From the sequence record NC_018087.3: 64,000 nt of DNA. One strand, 5' to 3'. The translations under genes were made by a program, and so were the position numbers. The stretch's first letter is position 1, and each line of letters begins with the position of its first letter. The notes beneath the pieces are model-generated. The model ran no database searches, was not told where the DNA came from, and saw only the letters and a program-made list of their open reading frames with translations. The stretch is from Acinetobacter phage ZZ1. Of this stretch, positions 32,607 to 42,022 are shown piece after piece.

Positions 32607-34066
32607 TTTCAAAAACTAAAGTAAGTAAGCAAGCTTTAATCGCAGCCCTTTATGGTGAAATCGAAACTATTAAAATGAGTACCGCTGCTCTTGAAGTTTT
32701 TAATGATTTACAATCAACAGCAGAACCTTTATCATCAAAAGGTGTAGAACTTTCAAAAGGCGTTTCTATGGCTGAAAGTTCAATGAAGAATAGTTTAACT
32801 ACTTTATCATATAATCTTGAGCGAGTTTCTCAAGTTGGCCGTGATCAACGTTTTGTGAATCACCCTGCGACTAATTTGGTAACTCATGTTGAGTATCAAT
32901 TAGCAAGCAATATTGGTTGGCCGATGGCTGAAGCGGAATCATTTGGTCGCTATCTATTGGGTCGAATTTCAGATGTTTTACGTAAAGCAAAACCGCTTCA
33001 ATTAAATAATGCATTTAAAGATATCGCAACGGCTGCCTTAGAACATGAAGGATTTAGAAAATTAACTCTTGCACAACGTTTAGATGTTATTGCACCTATT
33101 GTGACTTATATTATTTATGATACATCAGAAGATATGTCTAGAGTTGTTTCACGATCGCCTAATTTGTATGGCACTGCAAAATGGTCTCAGGCTCAAGCAG
33201 AAGTTGTTAAAAATTATTGTGATACGTCATATGACTTAATTAATGGTTTCTTGCGAGGTATTAATAACCCAGGTTCGCCTAAACGTCTGTATGAATTGGT
33301 TGAAACTATGGACTCAGTATTTGAAGAGCATGGGATTCGTCTTAAGAAAGGCACATTATTATACCGTGGCCAAAAATTAACAAAGCAAGATTTTGTTAAA
33401 ACTATGGAAAATAAAATGTTCTATTTCCGAAATTATGTTTCCACTTCAATGACTCCAATCATTTATGGTATATCGCAATTTGGTGAAGGTAGTATTGCTG
33501 CAATGTTAGCTGATAATCCAACTAACGCAGATACGCATACACCTGAAGAAATTGTTCAATCTGCTCAAGGTGAAGTTTCACCTCAAGATGAACTTATGAA
33601 TATGACATATTATGGTGAGCGTGAAGTTCCAAGTATTTCATATATTATTTCGGGTGCGGATAAACTTAAAGTGATTATCCCAGGTTCATTAGCCGAATAT
33701 TATGATGAACAGGAAGTTATTCTTCCTCGAGGTACAGTCATTAAGTATAATACTGTAATAGGTGGAAACCTTGATAAAACTGCCGATGGTTCTGCTCTAT
33801 TAAAAAATATTATAGTTGAAGCCGAAGTTTTAGATCCATCTTTATTAAAAGAATCTGTTGTTTATGATGGCGATCTTTTCATGGAAACAGGTGAAATGGT
33901 TGCAGTTGATTTAATTACAGAAGATGTGGCAGAAGTTACGGAATCACCATCTAATTCCTTTTCAGCACAATTCCGTAAACCAAGATTCGAAAATGAGTCT
34001 AATGAAATTTTACAAGCTTTATCTGCAATAGCATTTAAAAATATTAAACCTAAATTTATTAGCTAA
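32585..34066 (+). CDS. Alt paralog, ADP-ribosyltransferase domain portion (frame open from 32585; first ATG at 32675), continuing the 31917 ORF after a -1 frame change at ACAAAAATG (~32600)
   Basis: The upstream-open frame encodes ISKTKVSKQALIAALYG, matching Alt's IAAKSKISRRAAFDAMYN. ART motifs are present: YRGQKL (Arg), YFRNYVSTS (STS), EQEVILPRGT (Glu). Confidence 0.75.
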   Translation, partial: KDYNKNVISKTKVSKQALIAALYGEIETIKMSTAALEVFNDLQSTAEPLSSKGVELSKGVSMAESSMKNSLTTLSYNLERVSQVGRDQRFVNHPATNLVTHVEYQLASNIGWPMAEAESFGRYLLGRISDVLRKAKPLQLNNAFKDIATAALEHEGFRKLTLAQRLDVIAPIVTYIIYDTSEDMSRVVSRSPNLYGTAKWSQAQAEVVKNYCDTSYDLINGFLRGINNPGSPKRLYELVETMDSVFEEHGIRLKKGTLLYRGQKLTKQDFVKTMENKMFYFRNYVSTSMTPIIYGISQFGEGSIAAMLADNPTNADTHTPEEIVQSAQGEVSPQDELMNMTYYGEREVPSISYIISGADKLKVIIPGSLAEYYDEQEVILPRGTVIKYNTVIGGNLDKTADGSALLKNIIVEAEVLDPSLLKESVVYDGDLFMETGEMVAVDLITEDVAEVTESPSNSFSAQFRKPRFENESNEILQALSAIAFKNIKPKFIS

Positions 34067-34096
34067 AGAAAAGGGAGCCTTATGGCTCCCTTTCTT
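34066..34096. terminator. bidirectional terminator (AAGGGAGCC-TTAT-GGCTCCCTT) between the convergent alt-paralog and ligase operons
   Basis: Seen directly. Confidence 0.7.
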
Positions 34097-34301
34097 ATAC
34101 AATATGTAAAATCCGATGGACCATAGTATGGCCTAAATCTTCATTTTTAATTAAATTTTTTGCAAATTTATCTCGTTGTTCCAATGATTCAAAATTTAAT
34201 TGTGTAACAGCCACACTAGTTGACACTGTAGTGTTATTGGTTACACCTGTTCGTATTATTTTGGCATGAACTTCTAAAATTGCTGTACACATTTTACTCA
34301 C
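34095..34301 (-). CDS. hypothetical protein (68 aa)
   Basis: ORF downstream of ligase, overlapping it by 8 nt. Confidence 0.25.
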   Translation of the reverse strand: MSKMCTAILEVHAKIIRTGVTNNTTVSTSVAVTQLNFESLEQRDKFAKNLIKNEDLGHTMVHRILHIV

Positions 34302-35802
34302 CTATTACATTCATTGCATCAGGGAATACATCTACAAGGGTATTTGTATCGGTTTTATCTCGGCGAAGTTTAAGAATAATTGGTAAGAATAAACTCACAT
34401 GATCTTTACGACCTTCTGCAGTAATCCATCCATTGCATTTAATTTCAGCAATAGTTCCAATTAATTCTTCAGACATTACCATTAGTTTTGTGCGATTTAG
34501 TTCATCTAATTCATCAAATGGGATGTCAATCCATTCGCCTTTAACTTTAATGGCATTTGTATCTGTAAACCCTGAACCACATTTAACTCGGATTAAATTA
34601 TCATCAGATAGTAATAAAACAGCGCCAACTTTAGATGGGTCTTTAGAATATTCAACTACACCGACAATACGCAAATCGATTGTAATTTCTTCTTTAAACT
34701 TAACTTGGTTTTTAGATCGTTTGTTTTCCCAAAGACCAAATGTATTTTTAAGAATAATACCTTCAAGGCCTTGCTCAACATATGATTTATAGATTTCACG
34801 AGCTTCATCTACATTATTAACAATTGTACTTTCAATTAAAATAACACGACGAGATTTATGAGCTAACTCGGTTAATTGCTGGAATCTGACCGAATATTCT
34901 AAAGACTTTTCGCCATCATAAATTACTTTTAACGGCACTAAATCCCATACTTGGAAGCTCATTGATGCGGCTTCTTGTTTACTAATTGTGCCTTTAAGAG
35001 ATTTATTTGCGATACCATTTGATTCAGAACGTAATGCAACAACAGCTTTACTTTCTTTATCTGATACAACTTGGGCGGTGCCTGTGACTTCTTCGTTATC
35101 CATCATCCACTCGATACCAACAGCTTGATTACCAGTATCTTTTGAAGCAAAGTAAACCAATTCACCATCAACCATACATGGTCCATGTACTTCACGGAAA
35201 GCTCGGGTCATTGAGATTAAATCGGATTTTAAAATATCCAAGCCGAGATATTCATTACCGGCGCGTGAAAATAATTTTACATCTTCAAGATTATCTCCGC
35301 GGATTTCAGCAAAACAGCGTGCACCATCTGCTTTTAATTGTGCATATGCTGGATATTTAATTTCAGCCAATGCTTTCGCAGACATAGAAGACGCAAGCAT
35401 TTGAGGTTGTTTTGGAATTAAACCTTTCCAAACTTTGTTTGCAATTGTGGCACCAGCCCCAATATCTAAATCACGTGCAATGACACGTTCAACTACAATT
35501 GCGTCTGCTTCCGGTAAAGAGCTTAGACAATCTGCTAACATTGCAATAGCCGCATTTCCTGTTACTTGACGTGTTGCAATTACTTGTTCTAAAATATTAA
35601 GAACATCGTCTAAACTACGTTCGGTATCTGATCCTTGTACATCATAAAATGGAATTTTCTTAATACCGTATTGTAGACGAGGATGGTACGCCATACGGAA
35701 TACACGCTTAAAAATATCATTTTTCGCATATTCTTTAATAATTTCTTGCTTTTGATTTGTCGAATCTGTTGCAGCAATTTCATTTAAAATATCTAAAATC
35801 AT
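34294..35802 (-). CDS. 30: ATP-dependent DNA ligase gp30
   Basis: KxDG adenylation motif (AQLKADGARC). 502 aa against 487 in T4. Conserved position next to alt. Confidence 0.9.
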   Translation of the reverse strand: MILDILNEIAATDSTNQKQEIIKEYAKNDIFKRVFRMAYHPRLQYGIKKIPFYDVQGSDTERSLDDVLNILEQVIATRQVTGNAAIAMLADCLSSLPEADAIVVERVIARDLDIGAGATIANKVWKGLIPKQPQMLASSMSAKALAEIKYPAYAQLKADGARCFAEIRGDNLEDVKLFSRAGNEYLGLDILKSDLISMTRAFREVHGPCMVDGELVYFASKDTGNQAVGIEWMMDNEEVTGTAQVVSDKESKAVVALRSESNGIANKSLKGTISKQEAASMSFQVWDLVPLKVIYDGEKSLEYSVRFQQLTELAHKSRRVILIESTIVNNVDEAREIYKSYVEQGLEGIILKNTFGLWENKRSKNQVKFKEEITIDLRIVGVVEYSKDPSKVGAVLLLSDDNLIRVKCGSGFTDTNAIKVKGEWIDIPFDELDELNRTKLMVMSEELIGTIAEIKCNGWITAEGRKDHVSLFLPIILKLRRDKTDTNTLVDVFPDAMNVIGE

Positions 35803-35861
35803 TTAGAACTCCAAGTTAATAGGGACATATACATTTTAACATATAAATTTGTACAGCAAGA

Positions 35862-36524
35862 TTAAAAAGTTTTTTCTGCATATTCTTGAATAGGAAGAAC
35901 TCTCGATAGGTAATGCAATCGTACTTCATTTAAGTCTTTAGCAGTATAATGTGGGACTGGACATTCAGGTCTTGGTCCACGTTGAATATAATAACGCGGT
36001 ACATCAGGCAACACGCGCGAAGCAGACTCGATATTAGAGCATACATCATCAATAAACATGACAATATTTTCATATTTAAAACGCACACGTTTTAAGATTT
36101 GGTCTTTACTTTCACCAAAATTACAAACAAAAATATCTTTAAATGCACCCGGAAATAATGCATTTAAGTTAAACATACGGTTCATAACGGTATCTTTGTC
36201 TGTACCTAATGCTGTAACTGCAACAAAATCCCAATGTTCCTTCATTGTATTAATCATCTCAAGGGCATCTTGATATGGAGACAAATACTTAATAAAATTA
36301 GATTTATTGTAATCTTCCATAAAAATTTTGGCAATAGCCGGATCACATCCGAACAATTCTGCAGGAGACATAAATTCTTCGGTTAAAATACATTTAAGTG
36401 CATTGTCTGTATTTAAAGCATGTTTGGTCAAATAATACGGTAGACCAGATTGCCATTTTACACATACACCGTCAATATCAATTGCAATTACAGGTCGCTT
36501 ACTTTCATTACGAATAAAATTCAT
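35862..36524 (-). CDS. HAD-superfamily hydrolase, probable 5'(3')-deoxyribonucleotidase-like
   Basis: N-terminal DxDGV motif (IAIDIDGVCVKW) typical of the HAD/NT5C family. 220 aa, in a T4 30.x slot. Confidence 0.5.
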   Translation of the reverse strand: MNFIRNESKRPVIAIDIDGVCVKWQSGLPYYLTKHALNTDNALKCILTEEFMSPAELFGCDPAIAKIFMEDYNKSNFIKYLSPYQDALEMINTMKEHWDFVAVTALGTDKDTVMNRMFNLNALFPGAFKDIFVCNFGESKDQILKRVRFKYENIVMFIDDVCSNIESASRVLPDVPRYYIQRGPRPECPVPHYTAKDLNEVRLHYLSRVLPIQEYAEKTF

Positions 36525-36529
36525 TTCAA

Positions 36530-37021
36530 TTATCCAAATTTCTTAATTAAAAATTCTGCATACTTTTCACGGATGCGTGTTAAATTACCCACAAATTCTT
36601 CAATTGTGAGAATTGTATCATATGGATCGGTTTTACCAATAGAATGCTTTAGTTCCTTACCTAAAGAATCATACAAAGCCTTTTGGTATTTTTCATTCTG
36701 AGCAAAACAACACATAAACCCGCGCTTTAATAGTTCTTGATAAAAATCAGAATGCCTATTAAATGGTTGCCCTTTCCAATATAAAGTTTGACCTTTAATC
36801 GGACGAATACCTCCAGAGGTTTTAGCCTGGATTCCATGCATTGCAAAGATTTCTTTTTGTCTTTTCGGATTACTCTCGCGAAGACCTTGTAAAAATCCTT
36901 CTGTCGAACCAAAGTACATATTATCCATTATAAATGGATTTGCAGTTAAATTACTCAATTGCCCGGCTGGACCAGACAATCGAAAGTAAATGTCAATACA
37001 ATCAGACATATGAAAGTCCAC
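36530..37021 (-). CDS. NADAR (YbiA-like, DUF1768) domain protein
   Basis: IYFRLSGPAGQLSNL...F.....YF.STEGFLQGLR follows the YbiA N-terminal pattern (FY...G.LSNF ... EHYFQA.KF). 163 aa. Confidence 0.5.
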   Translation of the reverse strand: MDFHMSDCIDIYFRLSGPAGQLSNLTANPFIMDNMYFGSTEGFLQGLRESNPKRQKEIFAMHGIQAKTSGGIRPIKGQTLYWKGQPFNRHSDFYQELLKRGFMCCFAQNEKYQKALYDSLGKELKHSIGKTDPYDTILTIEEFVGNLTRIREKYAEFLIKKFG

Positions 37022-37067
37022 TTGTTGAAATTTGATTTATTATATAACAAGTGAAATACAATGTAAA

Positions 37068-37104
37068 TAAAAAGGCCTCAATTATTTGAGGCCTTTTTAT
37101 TTTA
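37068..37104. terminator. bidirectional terminator (AAAGGCCTCAA-TTAT-TTGAGGCCTTT flanked by A/T runs)
   Basis: 11-bp stem seen directly. Confidence 0.7.
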
Positions 37105-37404
37105 TTTAAAGTATTTTAGATCGCCAGAATAAACTGACATATACTGTGCTTTGTTCGCACTTTTGTCATATTCATTTATCTGAAAATCAGATCCTTTCTT
37201 TTGAACAAATCGAAGTGTAGTTTTAGATGCTTCCAAAATTACAATATCTTTAAATTCTTTACCGGCTTTATTGACACCATGATCACCTGGTTTACGATCA
37301 GCATTGGCATCAATCAAGTCATATTCTACTTGTTTAAGGGTTGAAGAATAGCCTTCATTTAATTGAAATTTAGATTCTTCTGCGATTTGGCTAAACGGTT
37401 TCAT
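37102..37404 (-). CDS. hypothetical protein (100 aa)
   Basis: ORF only. Confidence 0.35.
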   Translation of the reverse strand: MKPFSQIAEESKFQLNEGYSSTLKQVEYDLIDANADRKPGDHGVNKAGKEFKDIVILEASKTTLRFVQKKGSDFQINEYDKSANKAQYMSVYSGDLKYFK

Positions 37405-37405
37405 G

Positions 37406-37729
37406 TTACTTTCCTTGATTTAAAAATTTTGCGCTTGATAGTGGGATATGGATTGAATTCCAAAGGTCTCTGTACATTTCTACAGATTCAATATGATATT
37501 CATTTTCAGCACCCTCTTTATGAGAATATTGAAATATGCGAGCATTATTTTGAAGAATAACACTACCTTCTAAAACCGTACCATCGAACTTAAGTGCATT
37601 AGATCCAATTGCCCTATTTGCATTTGTAGCAACAAATTGATAATCTTTTGGTCCTAATTCGCGAGGCGTGTATAATTCATGAGGATATCCGGCATCACGG
37701 GCATCCTCAAATAAGTGTTTGTATTTCAT
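37406..37729 (-). CDS. hypothetical protein (107 aa)
   Basis: ORF only. Confidence 0.35.
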   Translation of the reverse strand: MKYKHLFEDARDAGYPHELYTPRELGPKDYQFVATNANRAIGSNALKFDGTVLEGSVILQNNARIFQYSHKEGAENEYHIESVEMYRDLWNSIHIPLSSAKFLNQGK

Positions 37730-37730
37730 A

Positions 37731-37979
37731 TTATTTCAGCGTTACAATAATGTGCCGAACTGATTTATGAGCACGTGAACAAAGACGTTTAGCATATTTA
37801 ATTTCATCTAATTGAACAAGTTCATCATGTAATGCTTTTTGTGCAGGATTTAAATGCTTAAAATATTGCAAAAAGTGCAGCATTGATGAACTTACATCAA
37901 TAATAGAACCGTAATTATCGTGGCCTCTTGACCAAGCTGTACGCTGAATATTTAGAATATGTTGAATTTCTTGTTCCAT
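37731..37979 (-). CDS. hypothetical 82-aa protein at the T4 rIII position
   Basis: Exactly 82 aa like T4 rIII, and immediately downstream of gene 31 in transcription order. I cannot verify the sequence similarity. Confidence 0.3.
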   Translation of the reverse strand: MEQEIQHILNIQRTAWSRGHDNYGSIIDVSSSMLHFLQYFKHLNPAQKALHDELVQLDEIKYAKRLCSRAHKSVRHIIVTLK

Positions 37980-38021
37980 TTCTTTTACTCTATAAAGTTA
38001 TTTTATAGTAGTATTTATAAT

Positions 38022-38042
38022 AGAAAAAGGGCCCGAAGGCCC
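38022..38042 (-). terminator. terminator after gene 31 on the minus strand (GGGCC-CGAA-GGCCC followed by TTTTTCT on minus)
   Basis: Seen directly. Confidence 0.55.
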
Positions 38043-38047
38043 CTTAA

Positions 38048-38380
38048 TTAATTATTTGATACACAAGCAATATTACGATAATGACATGTGATGTATTTTT
38101 CATCTCGATCTTTTTCTTTAACATTACCATATGCTACATCGGGATGTGGTACATTTAATTTATCCCCTAATGGGAATGGGCAACCGTCGCCAATTTCAAA
38201 TAATCCTTTTGGAACATTAGGGCCAATTTTAAACACTTCGCAAATTTTAGGTACTTCACCTTGTTCGCGAACACCAATGACCAAATCTGGAACTACATCT
38301 GAAAAAATTTCAGTACCAGCTGAACGCGCTACCGCTTTTAATACAACATATTCGCCTAATGCAACAATTTCTTTTGACAT
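38048..38380 (-). CDS. 31: co-chaperonin gp31 (GroES-like, for capsid protein folding)
   Basis: 110 aa against 111 in T4. GroES-like beta pattern (VVLKAV...SG..IF...). Conserved position between rIII and cd. Confidence 0.75.
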   Translation of the reverse strand: MSKEIVALGEYVVLKAVARSAGTEIFSDVVPDLVIGVREQGEVPKICEVFKIGPNVPKGLFEIGDGCPFPLGDKLNVPHPDVAYGNVKEKDRDEKYITCHYRNIACVSNN

Positions 38381-38383
38381 AAT

Positions 38384-38713
38384 TTACCCTTCAATTTTAG
38401 ATTGAGCTTGTTTTAAGATTTCATCTTTATTTAGTCCACCAAATCCAATTAAATCATCAAAAGAGAATGAACGCCATCCATCTTTAATATCATATACCGG
38501 CAATGATGTAGTAGATTCTTTACGAATAGAACCATCTGATTTAGGTGGTGGATTCATATACTTTTCATAAAGTTCTTGATCAATTAGACCCGGATCACGT
38601 GTTGCTGATAACACACGAATAGAACCATCTTTCTTTTTAAAAACAACTTCATGAATACCTAAAGATAGTTTTAGTTTTAGGTATTCGCGTAAAACAATAT
38701 TGGAATCAGACAT
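38384..38713 (-). CDS. hypothetical protein (109 aa; 31.1 position)
   Basis: ORF; synteny. Confidence 0.4.
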   Translation of the reverse strand: MSDSNIVLREYLKLKLSLGIHEVVFKKKDGSIRVLSATRDPGLIDQELYEKYMNPPPKSDGSIRKESTTSLPVYDIKDGWRSFSFDDLIGFGGLNKDEILKQAQSKIEG

Positions 38714-39261
38714 TATTCGCCTCCGAAATTAACAATATTTTCCCAATTCAAATTTTTAAGTTGGACTTTACTGATTTGGTGGACTTGGACACCGGCATCT
38801 GTGAGAATTTTTTCCCACCCTGGTTGATTTCGATCATAGCTCTCTGAGTAGACCAATTGTTTAATACCACTGTTGGCAATAGCTTTTGCGCAATCAGGAC
38901 ACGGGCTAAGAGTGACGTACATTGTCGCACCTTCAATCGCTGTACCATTCTTAGCTGCATATAAGATTGCATTAAGTTCTGCATGGATTTCATTTGCCTT
39001 GCTCCAGGCACTGTGTAATTCACGACACTCACGTTTAAGAGCGGTTTGGTTGGTATGAGGAGGCACCGGATTGTATCTGTTAACGGTCCATCCTTCTTGT
39101 TCGGCATGATCACAGCAATTTACTCCTCCGGCCGGTGAGCCGTTATATCCAGTCGAAATAATACGACCATTTTTTGCAATAACGGCGCCAACTTTCCAAG
39201 ATACACATTTAGATTCTTGTGACACAAGATATGCAATTTGCATTAATGATGTTGATTTCAT
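38713..39261 (-). CDS. cd: dCMP deaminase
   Basis: Zinc-binding CCDHAE and PCPDC motifs of cytidine/dCMP deaminases. 182 aa against 193 in T4. Confidence 0.9.
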   Translation of the reverse strand: MKSTSLMQIAYLVSQESKCVSWKVGAVIAKNGRIISTGYNGSPAGGVNCCDHAEQEGWTVNRYNPVPPHTNQTALKRECRELHSAWSKANEIHAELNAILYAAKNGTAIEGATMYVTLSPCPDCAKAIANSGIKQLVYSESYDRNQPGWEKILTDAGVQVHQISKVQLKNLNWENIVNFGGE

Positions 39262-39287
39262 ATCATTTACCTCTAAAGTATAACTTA

Positions 39288-39821
39288 TTATAGCGCAACA
39301 ACTTCCGAGCGTATGATAGTTGCTTTACCTTTTTTATGATGAAGTAATTCTTTAATTGCTTCAATTTTATTAACATGTATAACTAACCAAGTTTCTTCAT
39401 ACCCATAATTATTTTCACAAATAAGACGATATTGCTCGGCTAAACCAAAATGACGAAGCATACGGGCGTTGTAATCTTTAAAATGGCCTTGCATTAAATC
39501 AAGTGGATCGACCCATTTAACAAGACCTGTTTCAGATTCTGCTACTTCTTGTCGAGGCACAGTATAATCGATTACTGCTAAAAATGTTGATACTTCCCAT
39601 TCACTTGAATTATCACATTCAACAAATCGATCGCTATTTACCAAATTAACGGTATAACCAGTCTCTTCTAATGTTTCTCGAATGGCACATTCTTCTGGAG
39701 TTTCACCAGGGTCTGCTTTGCCCCCTGGTAATCCAAAATCGTTATGATCATTTTTCCGAGAAACTCCTAAAATTTTATTTGTTTTAGGATCAATAATTAA
39801 TGTACAAGCTGAATATCGCAT
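39288..39821 (-). CDS. nudE: Nudix hydrolase (NudE-like)
   Basis: Nudix box GGKADPGETPEECAIRETLEETGY. Confidence 0.85.
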   Translation of the reverse strand: MRYSACTLIIDPKTNKILGVSRKNDHNDFGLPGGKADPGETPEECAIRETLEETGYTVNLVNSDRFVECDNSSEWEVSTFLAVIDYTVPRQEVAESETGLVKWVDPLDLMQGHFKDYNARMLRHFGLAEQYRLICENNYGYEETWLVIHVNKIEAIKELLHHKKGKATIIRSEVVAL

Positions 39822-39822
39822 A

Positions 39823-40134
39823 TTACCACCAAATTGTTATCGTGTCATCGCTGAAATTTGAGCTATTTTCACAAGTACATCCAACGGCTCGCATATTTTT
39901 AATAAATTCATTTCTAAATTTAACTTGTGGACAATCTGCACCACCGGCTCTTGAACCCACTTTTGCCAAAATAGTACATTTTGTTGATGTGCCAATTGTT
40001 AATGACGAAAACCCTAACATCGCTTTATGTTCAATTTCTTTAAAAACCAGTTGGGTTAGATAAATTAAACGTTTATGCGCATCGGCAGGCGTGGATAACC
40101 GACTTAGACTTTTTGCTTCTTGAATTAACATCAA
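39823..40134 (-). CDS. hypothetical protein (103 aa)
   Basis: ORF only. Confidence 0.35.
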   Translation of the reverse strand: MMLIQEAKSLSRLSTPADAHKRLIYLTQLVFKEIEHKAMLGFSSLTIGTSTKCTILAKVGSRAGGADCPQVKFRNEFIKNMRAVGCTCENSSNFSDDTITIWW

Positions 40135-41048
40135 AACTCTCCAAAATTACATTGTAAACATGGTACACCGATACGGCGCCACATTTCACAAACTCTGTCG
40201 CGGTCATCAAAGGCGCATTCAACATTATAATGTGGTGCAATTTCATCCCAAAAGATTTCTTCTTTAACAATGTCATCCGCTCGAGTATCATGCCACTTAC
40301 GCATTAATAAACGATCTGCGGGAATACCATTTTTATTCAACCATGTTGCTGTTAGATTTTGATATTCAATATGATCATCTGCGTGACCTGCATTGCGGCC
40401 TGATACGCAAATAATCAAATAACCCTTTTCTTTGTACATTTTAAGAATATTTGCAACAAAATCATTGACAGTATCATCAATTAATTTTGGATAATCAAAT
40501 GCATGACGATGATCATTATTGGCTAAAGTGCCATCTAAGTCAAAGATAACCGCTTTTGGTTTAGACTCATCAGGAATATAATCAAATTGTTTACCTGAAA
40601 ATTGCTGCATTTTTAAGAACATGTCGCGCAAGACTTGCTTAGGAACCGCTTTATTTCCACGCACATTATTACGCTTTTCTAATTCAATCCAAGGTACATA
40701 AAAAGGTTCCAATGTAAACTCATATGTATTTTTTGGAAACATTGCAGCAACATCATCAACAATAGCTTTATACGTTGATCGTGTATCAAAATTTAAGTTT
40801 GTATCTGCAATAATAATTGTCTCGGTAGACTGATTTGTCAAAGCAAATTTAAGAGACTCTTTAACTGCATTTGTAACAATATTTTCAGTTACACGTGAAT
40901 ACTTATATTGACCACCACCTTTTAACATAGTACGAAGATCATCACGATTTAATACAATTGTATTTTTATTTTTGGCAGCATATTCCGCAGCCCAAGTTGA
41001 TTTACCCGATCCAGGTGCACCGACTGTTAAAATTACATGTTTACGCAT
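40131..41048 (-). CDS. pseT: polynucleotide 5'-kinase / 3'-phosphatase
   Basis: N-terminal P-loop GAPGSGKST and C-terminal HAD phosphatase motif VIFDLDGTL. 305 aa against 301 in T4. Confidence 0.9.
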   Translation of the reverse strand: MRKHVILTVGAPGSGKSTWAAEYAAKNKNTIVLNRDDLRTMLKGGGQYKYSRVTENIVTNAVKESLKFALTNQSTETIIIADTNLNFDTRSTYKAIVDDVAAMFPKNTYEFTLEPFYVPWIELEKRNNVRGNKAVPKQVLRDMFLKMQQFSGKQFDYIPDESKPKAVIFDLDGTLANNDHRHAFDYPKLIDDTVNDFVANILKMYKEKGYLIICVSGRNAGHADDHIEYQNLTATWLNKNGIPADRLLMRKWHDTRADDIVKEEIFWDEIAPHYNVECAFDDRDRVCEMWRRIGVPCLQCNFGEF

Positions 41049-41049
41049 T

Positions 41050-41241
41050 TTATTTTCTCACACAACTATATTTGGCTTTACTTACAAATTTTTTGGTGTT
41101 TTCATCTTTAAGTTGCTCGCCTGCAACTAGACATACATTTGGATTTCTGAATCCATCGATGGTAATAGTATGAACCTCGTCTGAAAACCAACCAAACATT
41201 GTAATAGTAACAATTAATGTATACATTTTTATTTCCCACAC
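41050..41241 (-). CDS. hypothetical small membrane protein (63 aa)
   Basis: Hydrophobic N-terminal segment. Confidence 0.3.
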   Translation of the reverse strand: MWEIKMYTLIVTITMFGWFSDEVHTITIDGFRNPNVCLVAGEQLKDENTKKFVSKAKYSCVRK

Positions 41242-41717
41242 AATAAATCGATTAACTCCGCTGCTTCTTCAAGGTCTAACCCATCAAATAAAATATGACG
41301 TTTGCATGTAGTTGATTTGGCTTTATCTTTACCTGAAGCAATAAGCATTTCATCGAATGTCGCTTCTTTATGTAAAATACCCATACGAATTTTTGGAGAT
41401 GTACCACAAATAATGTATACTTTGCAACCATTAATTAATACGTTAGGTTGAGTTTCATTAATAAAAACTTCACCATTTTTGATACGATTTTCAAAGAAAC
41501 GTTTCGCTTCACGAATATGATCATCTTTTGCTAAAGAAGCTGCTAATTTTTTACGTTCTGCTACATCAGCTAAAGTTTGACGTTTTAATACAAGTTTACG
41601 TAAATCTGCAAAAGTCCCAACACGTTTACCGTTTTTAAGTACACTATACCAATCCTTTGAATCTCCGAACATTTCAACTAAAACTTCTGGAGTCAATGTA
41701 TACACAGTATGTTTCAT
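41229..41717 (-). CDS. hypothetical protein (162 aa)
   Basis: ORF only. Confidence 0.4.
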   Translation of the reverse strand: MKHTVYTLTPEVLVEMFGDSKDWYSVLKNGKRVGTFADLRKLVLKRQTLADVAERKKLAASLAKDDHIREAKRFFENRIKNGEVFINETQPNVLINGCKVYIICGTSPKIRMGILHKEATFDEMLIASGKDKAKSTTCKRHILFDGLDLEEAAELIDLLCGK

Positions 41718-41737
41718 TTTATTTTCCTCATGTGTTT

Positions 41738-41776
41738 AAAAAGAATAAACCCATTATGCACAAGTCATAATGGGTT
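41738..41776 (-). terminator. terminator: 11-bp stem AACCCATTATG/CATAATGGGTT, followed on the minus strand by TATTCTTTTT
   Basis: Seen directly. Confidence 0.6.
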
Positions 41777-41788
41777 GTAAACATTAAT

Positions 41789-42022
41789 TTATTCATGTGT
41801 TCGAAAAATATTCAAAGTTCTTTCAAAATTACGTAGAGTAGTTGACTTTACTTGAATAACTTTAACTTTACCGGGCTTAACACTATTGCTTAAATTATAA
41901 ATTTCAGTTTGTTGTACAAATATTTTAACTTCTAATTTCATTAGCTCTGTACTAAGACTTTTAACTTTATACATTAGAAAACATATACACAAAAAACATA
42001 TAATAAGCAATAGTGTTACCAT
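41789..42022 (-). CDS. hypothetical small membrane protein (77 aa)
   Basis: N-terminal TM helix (LLLIICFLCICFLMY). Confidence 0.35.
   Translation of the reverse strand: MVTLLLIICFLCICFLMYKVKSLSTELMKLEVKIFVQQTEIYNLSNSVKPGKVKVIQVKSTTLRNFERTLNIFRTHE

Noticed and set aside
38048-38380. Considered calling 38384..38713 and 37102..37729 ORFs as specific T4 31.1/30.x homologs
   Set aside because: Only positional correspondence; no sequence features I can verify from memory, so I left them as hypothetical.
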